64,000 bases of DNA from a virus (Duplodnaviria; Caudoviricetes), in IMG/VR virus record IMGVR_UViG_3300020047_001679, positions 500 to 64,499 of that record, one strand, 5' to 3'. A program made the position numbers and the translations under genes. Shown here one piece after another: positions 1 through 10,394 of the stretch. The notes below the pieces were generated by a model. It was not told where the DNA came from, did not search any database, and saw only the letters and a list, made by a program, of their open reading frames with translations. Positions within the stretch are counted from its first letter, which is position 1. Each line of letters opens with the position of its first letter.

Positions 1-279
1 ATAGGTGATATTATTAGCACAGGCGACAACCTTTATTGGGTTAACGCAGGTGTGTTAACATTGATTGGGCCGATTACTGCACACACTACAACAACGGTTA
101 CAGTTAACGTAACAGGGACTGCACCGACTAATGGTAGCTTTATTCTTTACGAGAAGAGCCCAGTTGCAGAGTCGACACCAACAAGAGGCACGTACCTTAG
201 CGTAGAGTTCACAAACAGCGATACTGATTACACTGAAATGTTTATGGTAACTTCTGACGTTTTCAAGAGTTATCCTTGA
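1..279 (+). CDS. C-terminal part of a putative virion structural protein (5'-truncated; probable N-terminus at 63929-64000)
   Basis: Frame 1 is open from base 1 to TGA at 277-279; it lies between tail genes and internal virion genes if the genome is circular. Confidence 0.65.
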   Translation: MGDIISTGDNLYWVNAGVLTLIGPITAHTTTTVTVNVTGTAPTNGSFILYEKSPVAESTPTRGTYLSVEFTNSDTDYTEMFMVTSDVFKSYP

Positions 280-300
280 TAATTTAATTATATTTGTAGA

Positions 301-708
301 ATGAAATTTAATATTAGGTTACTAAACGAAAGTGACTACGATAATACGTTGGTAAAATGGTGGCAAGATTGGAGAGGAAGTGCTCCCCCTAAAGATTCAT
401 TGCCAGGCAACGGGGTAGGTGGTTTTATGGTTTCAAAAGAAGATGTGAATATTTGTGCCGGCTATGCATATTTCACGAATTCGGGAATTGCTCTTTGTGA
501 ATTTGTTGTATCTAATTTTTATTATAGAGAAGATGACAGGCATGAAGCTATAGAGTTTTTAATAAATTGCATCGATGAATCTTGCAAACAAGCCGGATAT
601 AAGTATATGTGGATGTGTGGGTTTAATAAAAACTTAGTTAAAAGGTATAAAAATTGTGGTTATATTCAAACGCAAACCGATTGCGTAGAGATGATAAAAA
701 AACTTTAA
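301..708 (+). CDS. GNAT-like acetyltransferase-fold protein
   Basis: 135 aa, IRLLNESDY start and KRYKNCGY motif near the C-terminus; typical podovirus position before internal virion genes. Confidence 0.5.
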   Translation: MKFNIRLLNESDYDNTLVKWWQDWRGSAPPKDSLPGNGVGGFMVSKEDVNICAGYAYFTNSGIALCEFVVSNFYYREDDRHEAIEFLINCIDESCKQAGYKYMWMCGFNKNLVKRYKNCGYIQTQTDCVEMIKKL

Positions 709-709
709 A

Positions 710-1504
710 ATGGGAATAGAAACAGCAATATTAATGGGGCTTGCGGCTGGTAATTCGGCTTACAACATCATTAAGGGGTCAAATGCTAAGGCCGAGGCGA
801 ATCAGGCTGCGTCAGCTGCGGCTCAATCCTTAGTGATGAAAGAGCTTGATCAATATAAGAGTTTAAAGGTTCCTGCATTAGGACTAGAATTAGCTCAACA
901 AAACCTACAACAAAGGCTATCTGGAGGTCTTCAGGCGTTACAACAAGGTGGTGCCAGTACGGTATTAGGAGGGTTAACTGCTTTAAACCAACAATCTGCA
1001 GCAGAAAACCTACAATTAGCATCAAAAGCCCAAGAAGCTCAATATGCTCGCGATGTAGCTCAGGCAGAAAACGCACAAGAAGTTGAGCGTAGAAACTTAG
1101 CAAGGCAAGCAGCGTTGGAGCAGCAAAGACTTGTTGGAGCTCAAAATGCAGCGGCTTATGGTCAAAGACAAATAGAGTCTGGTATGCAAGGATTAGTGGA
1201 GACAGCGGGTAATGCATTGGCTCAAAATTTAGCAAATAAGCCATTATACGATACCGAAAATCAATATACTAGCCAGCTGACAAACCAGCAAACACAACAG
1301 ATTGGCGCCAACGCACAGCAAGCATTTGCTCCTCAGTTAGCATCTATGAATCCAAATGTTGCAATGACTCAAATTGCTCCTACAAGAATGGGTGGATACC
1401 AAACACAGTATGATGACTTCTTGAAATTACAAGGATTAAGAGGGGCTCAAGGTCAATTCGATGCTCAGTATCAATGGTCTCCTGGTTTAGGATGGGCTCA
1501 ATAA
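710..1504 (+). CDS. Internal virion / DNA ejection protein
   Basis: Ala/Gln/Gly-rich helical protein with a hydrophobic N-terminus; position in the structural arm. Confidence 0.55.
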   Translation: MGIETAILMGLAAGNSAYNIIKGSNAKAEANQAASAAAQSLVMKELDQYKSLKVPALGLELAQQNLQQRLSGGLQALQQGGASTVLGGLTALNQQSAAENLQLASKAQEAQYARDVAQAENAQEVERRNLARQAALEQQRLVGAQNAAAYGQRQIESGMQGLVETAGNALAQNLANKPLYDTENQYTSQLTNQQTQQIGANAQQAFAPQLASMNPNVAMTQIAPTRMGGYQTQYDDFLKLQGLRGAQGQFDAQYQWSPGLGWAQ

Positions 1505-1515
1505 TTATATAAAAC

Positions 1516-2988
1516 ATGGCAGAATTCGCAGGATACGTAGGCAATTTAGTTCCTCCAACAGATTGGGGTAAAATTGGTACAGATTTACTTGATAAATACA
1601 ACAAGGTAAAAGAGGATCGTGAGGCTCAAAGAGAGAAGATTGATAACGATTTCACCGAGGCTTTTGCTAAGATTGGTGAGTACGAACAAACTACCGATCA
1701 ATCTGTAAATGAACTTGTTTCTCGTGGAGCAAATGATATTCGCGATGCTTTTAAAACTCAATACGATTTATTAAAAAAGGGTGCGATTACAATGTCTGAC
1801 TATAAGTTATATAAAAATACTTCTATGTCAGATTGGTCTACTTTTAACAAGGGGGTTAAGTCATTTGGAGCCAATATTGCCAATGGTCAAAAAATGATTA
1901 CAGATGGTAAAATGTCTGGATTTGGTCAATACAACATGCTCAACTATGCAAAACTTGGAGACCTAAGGTACGCCAAGATAATGCCAAACCCTCAAACAGG
2001 CCGTTTGTATTTGGCAAAAGTTGACCCTAATACGGGAACTATTGCATCTGATAATGATGTTTACAGCCCATCTGCTATGCTTAACCCAGGAAACTTGGTT
2101 GACTTGAAGGTGGATGTTAACAATGGTGTAACTGAATTCCTTAAGCGTGTAGCTGACTATGGTGTGTCTATTGATAAAGGAAGTGGTAAGATTTTAAATA
2201 TCGAGAGTGCAAAACAAAACCCTTCGTTCACAAAAGCACTAGATGCCCAAGTTAACGCATTAACTGTTACGCCTCGTTCGACTACAAGCGTACTTACTGA
2301 TTACGTTGGAGACTATCAATTCTTTGAGTCTGACGCACAGAAAAAGGAGTTAATAGCAAAAGGTACACCCGAGGATAAATTAATCAAGGTAGAGCGAAAA
2401 AATGGGGTCTACGAGCCTGCTCCTACAGCTAAACAAGAGGAGGTTGCGAAGCAATATGTTCGTGAGCAAATTGAAGTTGGTGTAGGATACAAAGAAACAC
2501 GTACCCAAGGGTATGCTCCTGTTAGAGAAACAGTAGACAAGCCTTCTGTTTATGATAAAAAAGAAGCTGATAAAATTGCTAAACTTGGAATAAAAGCCGA
2601 AACGGCTAATAAGATTTGGGCTGCTAGACAAAATAGCCCGCAATGGCCATTACTTAGATCCGCTGCAGTAGATAGAGGATTAGATAGTCCTAAGGTTACT
2701 TTTGTTAGAGGAAGAGATTCTAGTGGTAATTTACTTCCACCAATTATTCGCATTACAGGAAATGAAATGATTGTTGACGCTGGAGGTAAGAGAAAAAAAG
2801 GAGGATTAGTTACTCGTGATTTAAGAAGTGCCGAAGACGTTTATACCTACATTAATACCAAGCAAGATCCATCATCAGCCTCTGCCGATTATATTGAAGG
2901 TAATGAGTATTTTGAGGCTAATAGAGGAGAATCTTCACCTGCTCCTGCAACAACAAGAACAAGAGTTTCAGCTCAAGGCTGGCAATAG
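1516..2988 (+). CDS. Putative internal virion protein
   Basis: 490-aa ORF between two ejection-protein-like genes. Confidence 0.5.
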   Translation: MAEFAGYVGNLVPPTDWGKIGTDLLDKYNKVKEDREAQREKIDNDFTEAFAKIGEYEQTTDQSVNELVSRGANDIRDAFKTQYDLLKKGAITMSDYKLYKNTSMSDWSTFNKGVKSFGANIANGQKMITDGKMSGFGQYNMLNYAKLGDLRYAKIMPNPQTGRLYLAKVDPNTGTIASDNDVYSPSAMLNPGNLVDLKVDVNNGVTEFLKRVADYGVSIDKGSGKILNIESAKQNPSFTKALDAQVNALTVTPRSTTSVLTDYVGDYQFFESDAQKKELIAKGTPEDKLIKVERKNGVYEPAPTAKQEEVAKQYVREQIEVGVGYKETRTQGYAPVRETVDKPSVYDKKEADKIAKLGIKAETANKIWAARQNSPQWPLLRSAAVDRGLDSPKVTFVRGRDSSGNLLPPIIRITGNEMIVDAGGKRKKGGLVTRDLRSAEDVYTYINTKQDPSSASADYIEGNEYFEANRGESSPAPATTRTRVSAQGWQ

Positions 2989-3004
2989 TTAATATAAATA
3001 TATA

Positions 3005-6000
3005 ATGGCAAAACAAAGATTAGTAAAGAAGGGTAGCCAATATGGTATCTTAGACGAAGCGTCTAACACAGTATTACCTATTTCAGATAACATGAAACTT
3101 GTTCAAAAGCAAGGGCAATACGGTGTTCTTGATGGAGATTCTGTTATACCAATTGACAATTTCTCAGAGAGCATTACTGATTCTGACCTAGACATATTAA
3201 AAAAAAAAAATTCTACGGAATCCGTTGGTCAACCAGCTCCCAAACCTGGTTCATCGGTATCTCCAAAGATGCAAGAGAGTGGTCTTGTGGCATCTCCTGC
3301 AAAGCAAAGTGAGGTTGGTATAATTGATGACCTTTGGAATTCATTCAAAGGAGCTGGAGCTAAAGCATTAGCATCTGTTGCCGCTGTGCCTCAGTTTGCA
3401 CAAAATGCTGCCATGGACATTGTGGCTAGTGCAACAGGTCGTTCGAGCGAGTTCAATAAACTTCCTTCTGCTGTAAAGAAACAAGTGCGTGATGCAATAA
3501 CCGGAACGCTGTCTCAAGGAGCAACAGGCGTTGGTCAATTAGCCGGGGCATCACAAGAGGCTACAAACTATCTTAACAAAAAGTCTGAAGACATCTACAA
3601 GAAAACTCGACAAGAGGAAGTTGATGTGGTGGATGAGTTGTCTAAATTTAAAGATAACCCTTCTGCGGAATCCATTCAGAAAATATTATACCAAGGATTA
3701 AAGACAACAGTAGAGTCTATTCCATACATGGCCATAGGTGCTGTAAGTTTGCCTGCAATGGCTGCTACATCTGCTGCGGCTAAAAGAGAGGAAGATATAT
3801 CTAAAGATGGCAACATTGGTATTGGTAATTTGCTAAATGCAGGTATTACAGGTGCCGCTGAAGCTGTATTTGAAGGAACAACAAATAAGATATTAAAGAA
3901 GGCTGCTGCTGCCGCTATCGGTAGTCCAATTGCTTCTAAAGCAGTCGCCGAAGGTTTTGTTAAATCTATTCTAAAAGACTTCGCCCAAGAAGGTGTTTCT
4001 GAAGGAGCAACCACTTTAATCCAAGACTTGTCTGATAAAATAACAAAAGGTGAAGATGTTGATTACTACAAGCTAGCAAAAAATGTAGCTAATAGTGCTA
4101 TACTTGGTGGTTTATCTGGCGGTGGCATATCTGCCACTGGAGCTGGTGTGGGTGCTGCACGTAAATACGTTGCAGGCAAAATCATGCCTAAAGAACAAGC
4201 GGAGAAAATAAAGAATAACATTAATACCATCCAAAGCCTTAACCTTGAGCATGGTGACGATGTTGATCCTCGTGTAAACAAAATTGTTAACAAAAAGATT
4301 GATGAACTTGTTGCGGAGAATGAAGCCATCATGGCAGAAAACGAAGCAATTGCGTCCAACTTATCTGCTGATCAAGTGAAGCAGATATTTGACATTGATG
4401 ATAAGTTAGAGGAGAACTTTAATAGTGCTAAATCTATTATAGATGACGCATCTATGGATAAGAGTGCGAAGGAGTTATTATTAGACGATTTACTTAAACA
4501 ACAAAATAACCTTAAACAACAAAAAGATGCCGTTCAAAAGCAAACAACAAGTGAAGTACCTGTACAGCCAGAAGCCGGAGTTAGCGGAGAAGTGGCGCAA
4601 GGAATCACCCAAGCAGAACCTCAAGGCACTGCCGAAGAAGTTAAAGTCGAAGAAGAAGTAACTCCTACCGAAACTATTGAAGTGTTTCATGGAGGTAATC
4701 TGCCGTCATTAGAAGAAGGCAAGCCATTGTATGTGTCAGAAGATTCTACACAAGCAAATGAATATGCTAAGATGTCTGATGGTGAGGTATCTAAATTCTT
4801 TTTAGATAAGGGTAAGATTGCTGACGAGGCAGATGCTTATTCTATAATGGAAGAATTAGGTTTACCTACAGATGCTAACTTCTTTGAGTTAATCGACCCT
4901 CGGTTTGAAGAAGCATTGCCAGAAGAAGATATTAAGAAAGTTTTTGATGCGTTAAAAGAAAGAGGTTTTGAAGCGGTAAGATATACTGATATTGACCAAA
5001 AAACATTGAAGCCAGGTATTAAGAATATCTTGGTTATTGATGCGTCTAGGTCACTTAAAACCGAACCTATTATTAAGGAAGAGGTTAAGCCAACTGAGGA
5101 AACGCAAATTAATGCTGTTCAAAAAGGTATTGATGCTGTTAATAAAGCATTACAGCGTGGTCGCCCAAGAAAAGAGGCTGTTCAAGGCGGTATTGCATAC
5201 ATGCAACAAACAGTTGCGTACGAGAAAGCAGATGATGTGACTCGTGAGCAAATGTTGCGTGATATCAACAAAGAGTTTGGTGTAAAAGAAAAGAAAGCCC
5301 CATCTGCTAAAAAAGTATTAGGAGAGCCTACTCAAAAGAAAGTAACAGTCAATGAAATGACTGCACTTAAAGACCAAATTAAACTTGAAGCTAAGGCTGC
5401 TAAAGGTGCAGAAAAAGCTACTGACCAAGTGCGAAAAGATGTAGTAGAAAAGATTAAGTCAATGATTACTCGTGGTGCATTAAGCAAACCACAACAGAAG
5501 TCATTGCTTAATTCATTAGCTAAGACAAACATCCTTAACCCAGTTATGCGTGAGCGTTTGTTCGAGCGTATGGATAAGATGTTCAAGCGTGCGGACTACC
5601 AAGATCGCGTAAAAGAGGCAACTACCTTTAGAAACAGAATCAAGAAGTTAGCTAAGTCAGATACTTTGCAAGCGTCAGTAGCTAAAATGGCTAAGGACTT
5701 TGCAAAAGTAATTCCTGAGTTTACGGATATAGATACATACTTGGAGAATGCAAGACAAGTATATGATGCAATTAAGAAGCCAATTAGAAAAGCGGCTTCA
5801 ATTGATGCTGTGTCTACGTTTACTGCCGATGAATTAGCAAAGCAAGAAGAGAAAGTAAAGAACACTTTACTAGACCAATACGATTACCTAGCTGAAGCTG
5901 GTCTTATTGATACATCTATGAGTCTTGCTGAGATTCAGAAGTACATCTTAGATGTAGAGAATGGTGTTAAGCCAGATGCTAAGGCAAACGAAGAGCAAAT

Positions 6001-8542
6001 CAGATCTAATATATCTGAGTTGTTTGACTCGATGACAGAAATCACTGACTCGATACTAGAAGATGACTACAACCCATTGACCAACGAGGAGGTTGAGCTT
6101 GATGCTTATACAAAGAAGTTGCTTAAAAACTTTACTAGTATGGACTTAAGTAAACTTTCTGTAGCAGAAGCATACAGAGCTACTGAGGCTTTGGAGAATT
6201 ATCTTACAAATGATATTGTGGATAATATGGAGGCCATCTATAAGGTATACGAAGGCGGTTTGGAAGCTAAGTCAATTGAGGACCAGAAGATTGTAGCTCA
6301 AGACTTCAGAAGATTATTTGGAGGAAAGGCAATGAACTTTTTATCAAGAGCTTGGACTGCTGCATTCTCCCCTGTTAAATCCACTTTGGATTTAGTTCAC
6401 AGAAGCCGCTCAGTTGGATCAAAAGTATTTGATGCAATGGGATTAAGAACACTATCAAATGAGGCAAGTAGAGCTAAGACAGAGGCTAACTCTATCGATA
6501 AGGCTTATGTAGAGAAGTTCGATAAAAAGAAACCTAATGGAAAGGATTTCCGTGATGTTGAGAACGTATTTGAAAGAGGTATTTACGCTCATTTAAAACG
6601 TACTATTAATGGAACAGCAGAGCAAGTGGCTACTGAATTCACTAGACGCAAGGAGCAGGTGGTATTGAGTATTGATGCATTACTTAAATCAGAAGATGAG
6701 AAGCTAGTTAAAAGAGGAAGGGTGCTTGAGTCTATTTTTGAAAAGATGAAAGATGCTACCGATATCACTGAGGTTGAATCAGTTATTGATCCAATCAATA
6801 AGGATGCGGTTACATGGTGGAATACCGTATATGATAAGTATTATCCTGAGGTTAAGAAGATTGCTTCTTCTGTTTACAATACCGTATTAGAAGACGATGT
6901 AAACTATACTCCTGATAACTACGAGAAGATTGTAGAAAGCGAAGAAACGGATGTGGATAAGGTTAAGACATTTAAGATGGCGTTTGACTTCTTGAATCAA
7001 AAACCATCTGGCACTTTAATGAAAAATAATTACATTCAAGGAATCCCAGATAACCGTGTTATTAGCTTCGACTTTGATTATAACAACTCGTCTGCGTTTG
7101 GCAAGATGTTGACTGATATCCGTACTGCACCTTCTATGTTACAATACAAGGGATTTGTTCAGTCTCCATCTTTCAAGAAGATTTACCCTAATGCTCAAGA
7201 CAGACAAGTAATCCAAGACAAACTACAATACTATGTTAACGAGACTCGTTCTAAGAACGTTGCTACAGGTTCAGTAGATGCAAAGAAATTTGCTAAAATT
7301 GTTCAAGCAGTTAGCCGTTACGGAACATCTCGTGCTTTAGGCTCACTCACTGCTGGTATTAAGCAAGCTGGAACCGCTTTAATGAACACATCAATTGCTT
7401 TAGCCAACGACCCTAAGTCGGTTACAACAGGCGTTGGTTTGCTGTTCAATAAAGACGCACAGAAATTCTTAGAGAACTCAGGTTACGGAATCGCTAATCG
7501 TGGTTTAGAATCACAAACAGCTATTGAATCTGCTAATAGAACAATTGAGCAAACAGATGTGAATTCTGTTAACAAAGTGGCCGATGCTATTGCTAAAGCA
7601 GGTAAGATTTATTTAGAGTACTCTCTTAAGAATGGTGACGTTCTTGCTGCTCGTGCCTCTTGGTATGCTTATTACTTGCATGACTTAAAGAAACAAGGAG
7701 TTAATGTAACTAATCTTGATTGGAAAAACCATGAGTTAAACAAGAAGGCGGCCGATTACGCAGAAGACCAAATCAATCTTCAGCAGAACGTATCCGATGC
7801 ATCTATGATGGGTAAATTCTTGACATCTAAGAATCCATACATTACAATCACTCGTTCAATGGTGTTACCATTCAGTAGCTTTATCTTTAACGCAAAGGAT
7901 AAGATAACTACAGATATAACCATACTAACATCTAAGAATTCTAATGATTTAGATAAAGTAGATGCAATGAAATCTCTTGCAGCTACCGGTGCTGAGATGA
8001 TTTTATTTGAAGCATTGTCAGCGACAATTAGCTCAGGCATTGTTATTGCAGCTAACTCTATACTAGGAGTTGAAGAGGATGAGGAAGAAAGAGAGAAGCG
8101 TAGAGAGCAATACTTTAAGTCTGCGGTGACTAGATTCACTACCGATGTGTTATCACCTATTCCTAATTTAGGAGACAAGGCGATTGTGGCACTTGTGAAC
8201 AAGTTATTAGACTTAGCTCAGTCTGATTTGGATGAAGAAGAGAAGTTCAAGTTATTTGAATACAAACCACAAAGCGAACTAGATGCTATGCTAAATATCG
8301 TAGGTGGTATCCCTGAGATTGCGGTTAAACCCTTGGTTGACATGGGTGACACAATCTATAAGATTACTAGCGATAGTTACGTGGATAGATTTGGGAACGA
8401 GATTGAACTGTCTTACGAAGATAAATCCAAGTTGGTATATGTACTAGCAGTAGAATTGCTTGCTGCTACCAACATACTTCCTGCTGAGTTTGTTAGGATA
8501 AACGAAAAAGTAAAACAGCAGATTGAGAAAGAAGCTAGGTAA
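3005..8542 (+). CDS. Large internal virion (polyvalent) protein with an ADP-ribosyltransferase-like domain
   Basis: 1845 aa; Gly/Ala-rich segments; segment VFHGG..LYVS..ANEYA..GFEAVRY at ~4676-5050 resembles ART-PolyVal domains. Confidence 0.6.
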   Translation: MAKQRLVKKGSQYGILDEASNTVLPISDNMKLVQKQGQYGVLDGDSVIPIDNFSESITDSDLDILKKKNSTESVGQPAPKPGSSVSPKMQESGLVASPAKQSEVGIIDDLWNSFKGAGAKALASVAAVPQFAQNAAMDIVASATGRSSEFNKLPSAVKKQVRDAITGTLSQGATGVGQLAGASQEATNYLNKKSEDIYKKTRQEEVDVVDELSKFKDNPSAESIQKILYQGLKTTVESIPYMAIGAVSLPAMAATSAAAKREEDISKDGNIGIGNLLNAGITGAAEAVFEGTTNKILKKAAAAAIGSPIASKAVAEGFVKSILKDFAQEGVSEGATTLIQDLSDKITKGEDVDYYKLAKNVANSAILGGLSGGGISATGAGVGAARKYVAGKIMPKEQAEKIKNNINTIQSLNLEHGDDVDPRVNKIVNKKIDELVAENEAIMAENEAIASNLSADQVKQIFDIDDKLEENFNSAKSIIDDASMDKSAKELLLDDLLKQQNNLKQQKDAVQKQTTSEVPVQPEAGVSGEVAQGITQAEPQGTAEEVKVEEEVTPTETIEVFHGGNLPSLEEGKPLYVSEDSTQANEYAKMSDGEVSKFFLDKGKIADEADAYSIMEELGLPTDANFFELIDPRFEEALPEEDIKKVFDALKERGFEAVRYTDIDQKTLKPGIKNILVIDASRSLKTEPIIKEEVKPTEETQINAVQKGIDAVNKALQRGRPRKEAVQGGIAYMQQTVAYEKADDVTREQMLRDINKEFGVKEKKAPSAKKVLGEPTQKKVTVNEMTALKDQIKLEAKAAKGAEKATDQVRKDVVEKIKSMITRGALSKPQQKSLLNSLAKTNILNPVMRERLFERMDKMFKRADYQDRVKEATTFRNRIKKLAKSDTLQASVAKMAKDFAKVIPEFTDIDTYLENARQVYDAIKKPIRKAASIDAVSTFTADELAKQEEKVKNTLLDQYDYLAEAGLIDTSMSLAEIQKYILDVENGVKPDAKANEEQIRSNISELFDSMTEITDSILEDDYNPLTNEEVELDAYTKKLLKNFTSMDLSKLSVAEAYRATEALENYLTNDIVDNMEAIYKVYEGGLEAKSIEDQKIVAQDFRRLFGGKAMNFLSRAWTAAFSPVKSTLDLVHRSRSVGSKVFDAMGLRTLSNEASRAKTEANSIDKAYVEKFDKKKPNGKDFRDVENVFERGIYAHLKRTINGTAEQVATEFTRRKEQVVLSIDALLKSEDEKLVKRGRVLESIFEKMKDATDITEVESVIDPINKDAVTWWNTVYDKYYPEVKKIASSVYNTVLEDDVNYTPDNYEKIVESEETDVDKVKTFKMAFDFLNQKPSGTLMKNNYIQGIPDNRVISFDFDYNNSSAFGKMLTDIRTAPSMLQYKGFVQSPSFKKIYPNAQDRQVIQDKLQYYVNETRSKNVATGSVDAKKFAKIVQAVSRYGTSRALGSLTAGIKQAGTALMNTSIALANDPKSVTTGVGLLFNKDAQKFLENSGYGIANRGLESQTAIESANRTIEQTDVNSVNKVADAIAKAGKIYLEYSLKNGDVLAARASWYAYYLHDLKKQGVNVTNLDWKNHELNKKAADYAEDQINLQQNVSDASMMGKFLTSKNPYITITRSMVLPFSSFIFNAKDKITTDITILTSKNSNDLDKVDAMKSLAATGAEMILFEALSATISSGIVIAANSILGVEEDEEEREKRREQYFKSAVTRFTTDVLSPIPNLGDKAIVALVNKLLDLAQSDLDEEEKFKLFEYKPQSELDAMLNIVGGIPEIAVKPLVDMGDTIYKITSDSYVDRFGNEIELSYEDKSKLVYVLAVELLAATNILPAEFVRINEKVKQQIEKEAR

Positions 8543-8543
8543 T

Positions 8544-8571
8544 AAAAATGGGGACCATGAGTCCCCTTTTT
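8544..8571. terminator. Bidirectional intrinsic terminator between the convergent arms
   Basis: AAAAAT-GGGGAC-catga-GTCCCC-TTTTT between convergent stop codons. Confidence 0.8.
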
Positions 8572-8594
8572 AATTAATCACCTTATACGCAATT

Positions 8595-8954
8595 CTAACT
8601 TAAAAATCTTAATTTGTATAACGTAGAGCTCAATAACTCTTGCGTATTATCAACCATTTGCTGTAAGTATCCGTCAGTTAATGTGCCACGATACGCATCA
8701 AATGCTGTCATTTTTTCTTTCAAGTAAGAAATCATATCGACTCCTTCTTCTAATTTAAAGGATTTGTATCCCTTAATGATACCATACTTACCTTGGTATG
8801 CTTCAACAAATGCATCAAACTGGTCAACAATCCCATCGTATAATTCATTCAAAGCCTTGTGCTCTGCAAATGATGATGTCTGTAGGTGTGCGATATGAGA
8901 TACGTTCTCAATCTCCATTAATGCACTAACGTATTCTTGTACTGTCATTTTCAT
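8595..8954 (-). CDS. Ferritin/Dps-like four-helix bundle protein (DUF5856-like)
   Basis: HIAHLQT..FAEHKALNELYD..D.FVEAYQGKYG..TLYKLRFL pattern. Confidence 0.7.
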   Translation of the reverse strand: MKMTVQEYVSALMEIENVSHIAHLQTSSFAEHKALNELYDGIVDQFDAFVEAYQGKYGIIKGYKSFKLEEGVDMISYLKEKMTAFDAYRGTLTDGYLQQMVDNTQELLSSTLYKLRFLS

Positions 8955-9007
8955 CTATTTTTAATGTTCGCGTTTTCGTGAACTTATAATATTAATGAAC
9001 AAAAATA

Positions 9008-10138
9008 CTAAAATATATTGACTAATCTCGCAACTTGTCCATTCTCTTTGTGGTGAATAAATCCCTCGACTGCCTTAGGCGAGTGAGCATAACCGGAACG
9101 ATGGTGCCAACTATCGGTACCACTAGGAGATCGGAGAGACTCGACGCACACGCCCATGTAATCCTTAGAAGACTTGTGGTGCACGTGATGAGTATAAATG
9201 TAACGGTGTTTGGAGTCTGCCCACTCCTTGCTTGCTTCATGAGCCATTAATAAAGGTAAGTCTGATACTTTAGCTCCATCACCGTGTGTTGTGCCAATTA
9301 AATTCTTTCCGTATTGTGTATACTTTCTGTGTGCAATAGAACAATCGAACGTGATGTTTGGATTATTATGGAACCAAGACTCAATAGCATCTGCTAAGAA
9401 GAAGCCATTTGTGTAGTCGTGGTTTGATGGATTAAAAACAAAATGAACATCAGCTATTCCAATCAACATCTCGATAACCTCGATATATAGCTTCTTAGCG
9501 ATTCTAAAGTTGTCGTACCACATTCCATCTGTATCTTGTGGCGTTCCGCTTGTGGTGGTCCGTTTTGGGGTGTCTATGTGAAGAATGTCGTTGCCACCAA
9601 CAAAAAGAATCTTGTCAATGTTGAATCCTGATGCTTTCTGTACAATTCCACGTACACCCTCAAGTACACGCTGCACAGCAATCTGATTATTATACTCATC
9701 GCCAGTCTCAAAAGAGGAGGCTAATTTGCCGATATGTATGTCAGCTGGGTCAACCACAAGAAGATGGCCATCGATAATATTACTGCGATCTAACTTAGGG
9801 TAAACAGGTGCATGCTTTTGCATCTCAGCCACGATATCCGACCGCATGTCATGATAGGTCTCAATAGGGTCTTTCTTGTCAACCTTAACAAACATGGAGT
9901 GCTTATCTGTCTTTAACCAGTAGTGCGACACCTCGCCTGCGGGTGCTCCTTGTGTATCACACTCATCACTAAGGCTCTTGTGCTCTGACTTTAAAATGTA
10001 TGCGGATATTCTTTTGCGAAGAGTCTCGACATTGCGATCGTGCATGTTGTAATGCTCTTGAACTCTTTTGGCAATCTCGGCTTTGTTAAGGTCGCCTTGT
10101 TGGTGCAACTCTAGTGCGAATTCTAGGTAAGGTTTCAT
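9008..10138 (-). CDS. Calcineurin-like metallophosphoesterase with an N-terminal extension
   Basis: DIHIG, GGNDILH, SNHD, HGD and HHVHH motifs. Confidence 0.75.
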   Translation of the reverse strand: MKPYLEFALELHQQGDLNKAEIAKRVQEHYNMHDRNVETLRKRISAYILKSEHKSLSDECDTQGAPAGEVSHYWLKTDKHSMFVKVDKKDPIETYHDMRSDIVAEMQKHAPVYPKLDRSNIIDGHLLVVDPADIHIGKLASSFETGDEYNNQIAVQRVLEGVRGIVQKASGFNIDKILFVGGNDILHIDTPKRTTTSGTPQDTDGMWYDNFRIAKKLYIEVIEMLIGIADVHFVFNPSNHDYTNGFFLADAIESWFHNNPNITFDCSIAHRKYTQYGKNLIGTTHGDGAKVSDLPLLMAHEASKEWADSKHRYIYTHHVHHKSSKDYMGVCVESLRSPSGTDSWHHRSGYAHSPKAVEGFIHHKENGQVARLVNIF

Positions 10139-10292
10139 TGCGTAATTGATTTAATTTTTCGATTAAAATTGAAATGGAGTCTTGTAAATCTTCGTACTCT
10201 TTGTCGATAAGAGCCTCGTATATCTCGTCTGTCATCTTATTGATGAAGCGAATTGTTGTGTTTGTATAGTCTATATGCTCTTTCATAAACAA
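10086..10292 (-). CDS. Hypothetical protein
   Basis: Short ORF co-oriented with and overlapping the downstream gene. Confidence 0.5.
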   Translation of the reverse strand: MFMKEHIDYTNTTIRFINKMTDEIYEALIDKEYEDLQDSISILIEKLNQLRNETLPRIRTRVAPTRRP

Positions 10293-10294
10293 GT

Positions 10295-10330
10295 AAGGGG
10301 AGATGTAAAACGATAAACACCTCCCCTTTC
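10295..10330 (-). terminator. Hairpin downstream of the NAD+ operon, probable terminator
   Basis: Inverted repeat AAGGGGAG...CTCCCCTT; the U-tract is weak. Confidence 0.45.
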
Positions 10331-10394
10331 AAAATAATTATCACTTTAACCTTTGTAAATTTAGTTAATTATCTAATTACTTGTATACTTTTTT

